From: Eledone cirrhosa
Taxonomy: Eukaryota
Reading direction: 5' to 3'
DNA length: 64,000 nt
Assembly: GCA_964016885.1 (NCBI GenBank)
Contig: OZ024754.1
Coordinates: forward strand, 29,264,001 to 29,328,000
This document shows positions 54,293 to 64,000 of this stretch, piece by piece; within the stretch, counting starts at the first letter, position 1, and every line of letters starts with the position of its first letter. Both the position numbers and the translations under genes were made by a program. The notes under the pieces are model-generated. The model did not search any database. It had not been told where the DNA came from and saw nothing but the letters and a program-made list of their open reading frames with translations.

Positions 54293-55225
54293 TATATTTA
54301 ACCCTATTGATATCAAACCACTCGAAACTGCTCCTGACTCTCCAATACAAAACTGTGTTTTAAAGTATTTATATTAATTTAAAAAAAAAACCTTCCATCA
54401 TAAGGTCACGTGAGAACATTTGTTAAGTTATATTTGAAATGCCAGCTTAAAGCCATAAAAATTGTATTACTTAATACCTGAAAATGTTTGATTATTTTCA
54501 AAGTAATTTGAAAATAATAGGCAATGCCTTCCTTTGGCAATATCTTAACAAAAGGGTTACCATAAGTCAATATGAAACGTAAACTTATTTTATCAACCTA
54601 AAAAAATATTTGACCATAAAATTTCCGGTTTCTCAGTCTACACAAAGACAATATTTAAAAAACGCACGGCCCACTGGTTAGTTGTTAGATATTACTGTTT
54701 CAAAACATAAATAATTGGCGGAAAACATCACATCTGATGTTATAATGGCGTAGCTAGAACACTCTGGAACATAATATTCAGAAAAAGGAGATGAAAGCAA
54801 GCTGCCTATCTAGTTTTATAAAAGACAGAAAAGGAAAACCTATGCAATCGTATAGACATTGTGATGTCTTCTTCCAATAAAAATGTAAATACAAACTCTA
54901 GCGGAAGGAAGTTCAAAAAGTTATCAAAGTGCAAGCTTAAACTGAAATAATCAAGATGTGACGAACGTGAATAAAAAAGTTAAAAATAACAATTACTGCG
55001 CCGGATATGAAAGAAACAAATACGAATAAAAGAGGAACAAGCTACCATTCTAATAAACAGCTATATTATCTAGGATATATATTCAACATCAGACAGCTTC
55101 ATTGTAATAAGAATAGCATTAAAACATTAAAGCACGTATACAAAATATTACCTATTGCATACAATAGCACTACTTGCACTTCATATTATCTACAAATTGT
55201 GAAGGGTGTGTCTTAGTGGTTAGGG

Positions 55226-55378
55226 CAGTGATTCTCAACCACTGTGCCGCAAAATTTTATTTTCGCCATGTTTTTATTTTGTAAAATTCAATATTTTTCA
55301 TAGATATTTAGCCAGGTGTACCGCTATTTTTTCATGTTCCAAGGTGTACTGTTGGCAAAAAAAAGTTGAGAACCACTG
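55226..55378. mobile_element. hAT (Charlie-like) MITE inserted in a decayed SINE head
   Basis: TIRs CAGTGATTCTCAAC / GTTGAGAACCACTG; 8-bp TSD GGTTAGGG/GTTTAGGG. Confidence 0.8.
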
Positions 55379-55462
55379 GTTTAGGGTATCTGACACAAGA
55401 TCGAAAGGTCACGTATTCGATTTCTGGTGGCAATAAACTTTATTTTATGTTGCTACACCATA

Positions 55463-55664
55463 TACAAGGGTCGGCTGAAAGTTCACAGACTGACCAAAAT
55501 ACTCTCATGGAGAGTCAAAATGAAGTTTATTTCTTAAATTAGTCCATGGAAGGAAACTATGCAATTATAAATAAGAAGCGTTGAATTTAATGTATCCAAG
55601 ATTTCACTGCCCTAACATCAATCCTTCATAGTCAGCCTATAACATTTTCAGCCCACCTTTTTAT
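55463..55664. mobile_element. Tc1/mariner-derived MITE
   Basis: Paralog of 43738-43929 with the same TIRs. Confidence 0.7.
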
Positions 55665-55989
55665 ATCATATATTCATTGTAATAAAAGAGAATTAAAACA
55701 CGTATACAAGATATTTACCCACTGAATAGACAAAGATGTGCTAAGAAATTGATTATATCAAAACAAACTGAGGGTCACTGGTGATATCCTAGACGCATAT
55801 CAGAAAAGACGGGACTTGAAGAAGATCAAATTAAGAGGTTATGAAACATTTCATAAATACAACACTCTGAATAAGGGGATAAATAAGAAAATACTTCTGT
55901 TTCTTTACTTAATCTAATAGCTTATTACTCGGAACAGGCAGCTTCTCTTTGATGCCACCAATTGTGAAAATATATATCTTAGTATATAA

Positions 55990-56160
55990 GCAGTGAATTG
56001 GCAGAAACGTTAAAACGTTGGATAGAATGATTTGAGGTATTCGTTTCAGCTCTCTGCTCCCTGAGTTCAAATACTGCCGAGGTCAATTTTGCCTTTCATC
56101 CATTCCATCCATTTCAGGTGGATAAAAATGTACCAGTCTAGGACTGGAGTCGATTCTCCC
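55990..56160 (+). mobile_element. Diverged Nin/Deu SINE
   Basis: TGGCAGAAACG, GAGTTCAAAT, GCCTTTCATCC..GATAAAAATGTACC. Confidence 0.7.
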
Positions 56161-56771
56161 TGTATATATCTTACTTAGTTCTATTTTCTCACTCTATCAT
56201 CCCTAGAAGAAATCGAATGCATTGGGATCTGGAGAGGAGATGGGCACCGCCAGGGTTTGAAAATAGAGATGTAAACACCGATGGAAAATGTGGCAGACAT
56301 GTGACTCCCTGTGGTCCATAAATACAGACACATCTCAGTATAAGCAGATAGCACGGATTAGTAAATATGGAAACGAAATCGCAAAGCATTATAATGAATC
56401 ACTCATGAAATATTACTCATGAAATATGAATGAATAGCTTTGTATTTCTGTATAGAACTATAGTTCTAGATTTAATAATATAAATAAAAGACTACATAGA
56501 TTACGTTGAAAGTGTTCTCCTAGACTTTTTCCCCAGATTCCTATAAATCTGAAATTATACACGTTTCTTCACATATAGACACTTGTACAGACATATATGC
56601 AAATACGGACACACATATTTAAGAAATATGAATACACAGATACACGCACACCCACGCATACACACCCATATGTATATGTATACACAGATACACGCACACC
56701 CACGCATATACACCCATATGTATATGTATGTGTATGTATATGCATATATACATATAAACCACACAATCTAC

Positions 56772-56849
<78 letters not shown>

Positions 56850-57753
56850 CTATGTTAATTTACTATGTGAATGTTTACACATAAAGATGTAAGTATCTGT
56901 ATAATACTTTTTCAGAAAGTCTCCTAACGTCATTATCGAGATTTTCATGAATATGTATTGTGACATCATTTTCTATTGTCATCGTTATAGCATCCAAAGT
57001 AAATGACAGTATAGTCTCCCTTGATACTGTTTCCTTTTATAACCTGAATATTGAATCAATTTTTCATATTTAGGAAGAGACGTCGATTGTTAGAGAGATA
57101 AAAGTCACAGCAGAAGCCTTTATTTCACCATTATGATAAAACAGAATTTTTAATCTATGAAGATGTATTCATACATCAACATTTAATGTAAATTATCGTC
57201 GGCGCTTTATATAATTTTTATACTTCATTGAAAATAGAGAAATGATTATGAGAACTGTTTAGAATCTGTTAAGCATGGTTTAATAGGAGAAAAGTAGACC
57301 ACGTTATATAATGTGGTAATCTTTTAGTAAAGCAACATTTTATATCGACGTCTCAGTAGGAATGTTTGGCATGATTTCATAATTTGTCAGTCCAGCATCT
57401 TCACCACACTCCATTTCCTTTCTTTTGAAAAAGATTTCGTAACTCCGAAACATCTTGAAATATAATATAAAGTTTTAAACTATCGTTTTGGTTTCGAAAT
57501 CAAACATACTCTAATTTCTACTCCTTTATTTCTTATTTGAATTCTATTGGTTTTACAAAGACAACCCAAATAAAATATTTGGCATCCAAGATCAATGAGT
57601 GTTAAACATTTTGTAAAATGTTTTCCACTACAAACTTGATGTTGTGCGGCTACTGCTGTTATTGGTGTTGTTTTTATTTAGCCACTACACAAGTGTACTT
57701 AGACTATCTAAAATACATGTCTCTCTCTCACTCTCTCTCTCTCTCCCTCTCTC

Positions 57754-57842
<89 letters not shown>

Positions 57843-57897
57843 GTGAGGTTTTTTTTACAAAATGAAAAATAATCGAGGTGTCCTACACGAGTGAAAG

Positions 57898-58321
<424 letters not shown>

Positions 58322-58368
58322 TAAAATAATGAATAAACAAAGAAACAGTTCCTTATATTAAAAAAATC

Positions 58369-58506
58369 ATCATTTTACGATCGTTTCTAGGATATATATG
58401 TGTTAGAGTTGGTATGCATATTCTATAGATCTATGTACAATATTTATACAAACTATCAGAGGGAATATACATACCTACACATATATATGCTGTCTTCAGA
58501 AATAAT
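58369..58506 (-). ncRNA. Hammerhead motif with long stem II (3' pseudo-LTR)
   Basis: AUUAUUU-CUGAAGA-[~105 nt]-GAAA-C-GAUC-GUA-AAAUGAU. Confidence 0.7.
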
Positions 58507-59174
58507 GATATTTGTTTATTGAAAAAAACAAAGATTCAATACAATAGGTCTGTTTGGGAACTGGTTTTGAATTGACCAATAGAGAGATAGTGAGGGTCAG
58601 AATAGTAATATAGTAGTAGAAGAACCTTAAATAATGGGTAGAGGAAGGTAGATTTCAGTTTTGGATGGAAAAGAATATTATGAATGAAGGATTATTTTAG
58701 GGAAGAAATAGGTCTTATGCTGACCTCAGAAATAATTTTATTTTTTCATTGAATAAAACCAACAAAGATCTAATATATTCTGTCTGTTTGGTAAGAGGTT
58801 TAGAATTAACCAATAGAAAGTTAATAATTGGCCAAATGGTAAAATAGTAGTAATTGAAGCTTATTTTAGGGGTGAAAATAGGTCAGGTGGTCAGTAAAAG
58901 GTATACAAGCAGTTGCTGTTATAAAATAGTAATGCCAATACAAATATCTAAGGTGACTAAAGTTTTAAGATTAGAATGGTAATGAAAAAAATACATCTAT
59001 GAAAAGAATATAAATTAATTTAATTGATGGGTATATTTTATATTGATAAAATTATACTAATACATATAGATATGATAAATAAGAGTTAGATGCAGTTGAA
59101 AAGTGCTGTTAAAGATGAGGGGAAATTAAAAGAATATAAAAATAATATATATATATATACATATATATACACAT

Positions 59175-59224
<50 letters not shown>

Positions 59225-59296
59225 TCATATATATACATATATATACATATATATACACATACACACACACACATACACACATATATATATATATAC

Positions 59297-59349
<53 letters not shown>

Positions 59350-61732
59350 GATATATACATGCACATATACATACATACACATACATTTACACACACATAT
59401 ACACTTATATATACATATAATTATTGGGGGGGGGGGGGATTAAATTTATTAGTGAGAAATAGTAAATATATATAGTTTTCAAGGAACATAGAGTCATAAC
59501 CTGAAGTTAAAGCATTATATATGTTTACTTAATGGTATCAGTTTTAGGAAATGATATTTGTAAGAAGGAAAGCAACATTTTGTAGTTCATCAGTAGTAGA
59601 ATATTAATTATAGGTTAACTAAATTAAAAATAGTTATTAATTTCAAAAGTGTATATTAATTAGGTTTATAATTTTTAAAGCAGAATTATGTAGTTCATCA
59701 GTAGTAGAATATTAATTATAGGTTAACGAAATTAAAAAAATAATTTATAAATTAATTTCTAAAGTGTATATTAATTAGGTTTATAATATTTAAAGGTTTT
59801 TCTCAGTTTATGATTACACGATATTATTAATTCCTGTCGCTTATTTAATAGGATATCCTTAGATTTCATTATTTCAAAAAGTTCTTGGGAACATAATCTA
59901 CATTCATTTCTACTATTTTGATAAGGGGTGGCCCTTTTGAGCACACTCCAGGTCAGGTCATATTCTATATTCCTCTTTCTATAACTATTTATTATTTCAG
60001 CTAGAGATCTTGTATTAGCTAGTGCGGCATTTTTAAAGCTATGTTTGTGGGTATTAAATCTTACCTTAAATTTGTTAGAGGTAGCTCCTATATATGAATA
60101 AATTGAGTCCTTAGTGTTAACTTTACATTTATATACTATGTTGTTAACAAGGCAATTTCCTTTTAATGGACAATTTGCCTTGTTTCTACAGTTACAACTT
60201 TTCGTGAATCCTGTATCTGAGGAGATATTATGGTTAATTTGATGTACTGGTGGTATACTCATGTTTTTTTTTACATTTATATACATTATAGGCACTTATA
60301 TTTTGTTTTATGTTTTTGGTTGTTGAGTAGGAGAATTTAACCGTTGATCTATTTAAGATTTGAAGATATTTGTGGTTTGGCGGGAAGTTTTTCTCTAGGA
60401 TATTAAAGAATTTTTAGGTATATTATCCTTAATTTGTAAATTAAATGGAGCATTGTACCAAGTAACTCGTCTATTACGGTTTTGATGTTGTTTATAGTTT
60501 TTATAGGATGCATCCTGATGTTTATTAAGAGAATTATTGTTAATGACCTCACCACACACATTTTTAGTTAGATTTATTGATTTAGGTGTTTTAGCTTGTT
60601 TATTAGGAGTTTTATTATTAACATTTATTAGAGTTGTAGGATGAGTAGTTTTTTGAGAGTTACTATACTGTATATTAGAAGAGTTAGAGAAATTTGGTTT
60701 TATGTTGGTATTTTGGGGTATAATGTGAGTGGCATTTAGGTGTGTATGTTTCATTTGGTGTTTGTTGGTAATATCAGGTTGTATGTTTGTAGTGTTATTG
60801 GTAGAAGGTATATATACTAATCTATTTTTGTGGCCACTTCTAGCTAGAGCTTCGTTATAAAAGGTCGCATTTTTATCAAATACATCTTGGTTAGACGAAA
60901 GGTTAGAAATTCTAAGTGATATATTATATGCAAGGTTTTTAAGGATAGATTTAGGGTGATTAGATTGTGAGTGTATGTAGTGTAAATTTTGGTTGGGTTT
61001 ATGGTAAGGTTGGTAGATACCCGTAGATAAGTCTAATGTTATATCTAGGAAATTAACTACTTTACTTGTGTTTTCAAATGTAATATCTAGACTATAATAG
61101 TCTTTGAGGAAAGTTCTAATAAGCTTTTTATTTTTTTCTATCTCTGAGAGGCTAAGGTTATTGGAAAGAAGAAGACAGTCGTCACGATATAAACCACCTT
61201 TAAGGTGGGGAAAAGAAGCATTTATGTTAAAAAGAAGAAAGAGGCCCACAAGATCAGTAATTTGGGCAGAATCGCTTGAGCCCATGTAATATCGAATAGA
61301 TTACTATATGTGTTTCTGGTCCAGTATTCATTCTGAAATTCCAATAGTGTTAGTCTAGCATGTGTAATAATATTAATGTCATCCAAAGTTAAGTTAGATC
61401 TATTTTTAGCAAATATCAAGGCTTTGTTCAGGAGTATAGGTGATATAGAAGAATAATAATTATCTCTATCAAATTGTAGAAATGAAGCAGAGGATTTATT
61501 TCTAATATTATTAAACCAGTTAATTACCTGGGATGTGTTTTCCCAGAGTGGTAAATTAACATGTTTTCTTAGTTGTGGGATGACTCTATCTAAACTTTTT
61601 TTACTAATTATTCCAATATCAGATTTGGAAGGGCATATAAGCCTTATATATATCTCTCTATTGGTCAATTCAAAACCAGTTCCCAAACAGACCTATTGTA
61701 TTGAATCTTTGTTTTTTCAATAAACAAATATA

Positions 61733-61870
61733 ATTATTTCTGAAGACAGCATATATATGTGTAGGTATGTATATTCCCTCTGATAGTTTGTATAAATATT
61801 GTACATAGATCTATAAAATATGCATACCAACTCTAACACATATATATCCTAGAAACGATCGTAAAATGAT
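61733..61870 (+). ncRNA. Hammerhead motif with long stem II (inverted pseudo-LTR)
   Basis: ATTATTT-CTGAAGA(61740)..GAAA(61852)-C-GATC-GTA-AAATGAT. Confidence 0.7.
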
Positions 61871-62060
61871 GAATTTTTTAATATAAGGAACTGTTTCTTT
61901 GTTTATTCATTATTTTATTAATTTATCTTGACTCTGTTTTCCGTTTATTTTTCACCGAAAGTAATTTTTGAATGCATCTTCTCTTTTCATGATATCCGGA
62001 TTACATTGAGTTCTTCATACGGATTGGACACTACCGTAAACTTTTGGTAGATTTATCTAC

Positions 62061-62097
<37 letters not shown>

Positions 62098-62104
62098 TAT
62101 ATAT

Positions 62105-62435
62105 ATAGTTATGTAATAAACAACATAAGATAATTATTTCATTTACCAGTCGTTTCTTGAAAGCAAATTTTGTTTGCTTTCAATCATCAGAATGAAAAAA
62201 TTCTGGTGTATTTATTGACAGTAGATTTTAAAAATCAAAAATATAATCTATATGAAAGTGAGGCTGTTGTGCTGCTACTGCTCTTGCTGGTGTTGTTTTT
62301 ATTTAGCCACTACACAAGTGTACTTAGACTGGTAAATGAAATAATTATCTTATGTTGTTTATTACATAACTATTAAGCTCTGTAACCTACATAGAGCACT
62401 CTTTTTTCCTGGACCTTTCCAACGGAATTACTTCA
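62105..62435. mobile_element. Short non-coding PLE derivative with inverted termini and HHR
   Basis: 62105-62151 is inverted at 62327-62373; the spacer 62262-62329 also occurs at 57640-57705; tail matches 8485-8547. Confidence 0.7.
62137..62197 (-). ncRNA. Type I hammerhead ribozyme motif
   Basis: UUUCAUU-CUGAUGA-UUGAAAGCAAA-caaaa-UUUGCUUUCAA-GAAA-C-GACUG-GUA-AAUGAAA; 7-bp stem I and 11-bp stem II, both perfect. Confidence 0.88.
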
Positions 62436-62618
62436 TATATATATATAGGCTTAAAAATCGAATGAGAAATAGAAGGTAGAATGGAGGGGGGGGGGAGTTT
62501 TGCTCATCAGTTGTCTACAGGGGGTCTCGGATATTTCAACGCTTTAAAGACAATATATCTACCCCAGAGCGTTCAACAACTGGGTAAGTTATTGGGAAAA
62601 CGGAGGAGAGAGAGAAGG

Positions 62619-62650
<32 letters not shown>

Positions 62651-62657
<7 letters not shown>

Positions 62658-62776
62658 AATAAGATTTCGCTCCAAGCATAGCTTTATACAATATGTATAG
62701 AAATTTCGTAATTCTTTAGAAATACGAAATTTCTATACATATTGTATAAAGCTATACTTGAAGCGAATTCTTATTT

Positions 62777-62785
<9 letters not shown>
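62651..62785. repeat. ~135-bp imperfect palindrome between (TA)n runs
   Basis: TAGCTTTATACAATATGTATAGAAATTTCGTA / TACGAAATTTCTATACATATTGTATAAAGCTA. Confidence 0.8.
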
Positions 62786-62829
<44 letters not shown>

Positions 62830-63302
62830 AACGTGCTGCGGGGTTGCTAATGGGTTACATATGAATAAAGTTAGTCCTTCATCAATGATCTTCCAACCAT
62901 CATTGGTATTTCATCGCTTTAAAGACCATATACCTCCGGTTGGTGCGTCAACGGCTAAAAAAAGTCGTTGGGACACGTAAATAAAGGGGACACGAGTGTA
63001 AACAAACAAAAATGGTGAAGCAACGAAAAGTGAGGAAGAAGGAGTCAAGTCCCAAATTTCTATGAATTTAAATTCGGTGAAATCGTGAACGAGAGAGAAT
63101 AAAGACCATCAAACCTGGTTGAAATGTGAGTAAGGAAGAAATTCCGTACAGGTCTAATGGGAGGAAGAAGGGGTCTAGTCTGTGAATTCGGTAAACATAA
63201 GTTCTGTGAAATCGTAGACGAGAGAGAGAAAAAATGCCGACCGGCCTTATCAGTTTTAACACACGTTTTCAGATAGAGAATCTTGCTAAACAAATTCAGA
63301 AA

Positions 63303-63335
<33 letters not shown>

Positions 63336-63610
63336 TAGAGATAGATATAGGTAGATGGCTGATTGAATACACCCGTGCTTTTTCTCGTTCCCTCCTCTCT
63401 CCTCGCTCTCTATCTTTATATTTCATATATATATATATTTATATATATATATATAAATGGAATAGAATGAAACGAAATTTCATTTCTCACTCTTAGTACG
63501 GCACTTACTTAAATACGTGCATATATATATGTGTGCATGTATGTATATATATACATACTACTGTACGTCTGTATACATATATGTATGTACGTATACATAC
63601 ATACATACTT

Positions 63611-63651
<41 letters not shown>

Positions 63652-63674
63652 TATATATATAACGATTTTTCTGC

Positions 63675-63795
63675 AAATTATGCTCAAATGGTGTTGATCG
63701 TTCCTAGGTTATTGTAAAAGTCACTGCTGCACAGTGGGATTGAGCCCAGAACCACGTGGTTGCACAGAAAACTATTTAACCACACAGCTATGTCA
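63675..63795 (-). mobile_element. Decayed tRNA-derived SINE of a second family
   Basis: Reverse complement: TAGCTGTGTGGTTAA..GGGCTCAATCCCACTG (A- and B-box-like). Confidence 0.45.
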
Positions 63796-64000
63796 GTGTC
63801 TAAGAAGTTAATGATTATAAAATGCCAGTGAATGAAGGAAAGAAGAGAGTAGTAAAACCGTATAGCTTTCCAGCTATAACATTTATTTATTTATTTATTT
63901 ATTTATTTGTTTATTCGTTGTAAAGAAATGTAACCTTAAAGTCAGATTCGAGATTTGTTTACAAATTATTGATGGTTGTTATATCCAAATCCTGTAGCAG

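Noticed and set aside
53934-54377. Poly-D/V/M/T ORFs
   Set aside because: Trinucleotide repeats with no flanking coding signal
59585-59705. CTGATGA on the minus strand in the 108-bp duplication
   Set aside because: No matching stem II or GAAA

Overview
AT-rich, microsatellite-saturated eukaryotic DNA, most likely from an octopus or related coleoid (inferred from the abundant tRNA-headed SINE with a Nin/Deu-type central domain and the extreme (TA)n/(CA)n content). I found no host protein-coding gene I can support; nearly all ORF-track entries are translated microsatellites or antisense shadows. The window is a retroelement graveyard. It holds three Tx1/L1-type LINE 3' fragments, one near-full-length disrupted RTE LINE with a PHD-like C4HC3 finger inside its RT, about 20 SINE copies (many with TSDs), mariner- and hAT-type MITEs, and a 200-N scaffold gap. 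The dominant component is Penelope-like elements (PLEs): at least five have C-terminal GIY-YIG/RT motifs resembling the (TA)n-targeting Hydra clade, and one is Penelope/Poseidon-type. The main hidden signal is RNA structure: more than 12 minimal type-I hammerhead ribozyme (HHR) motifs from several unrelated families. They sit in non-coding tandem, inverted or palindromic elements inserted in (TA)n. Highlights are a 522-bp tandem retrozyme-like unit, an ~840-bp palindrome, a U3-A8 compensatory core variant, an HHR with a ~105-nt stem II, and a 3' hairpin shared across families. All folds were read by eye and coordinates of degenerate repeats are approximate.
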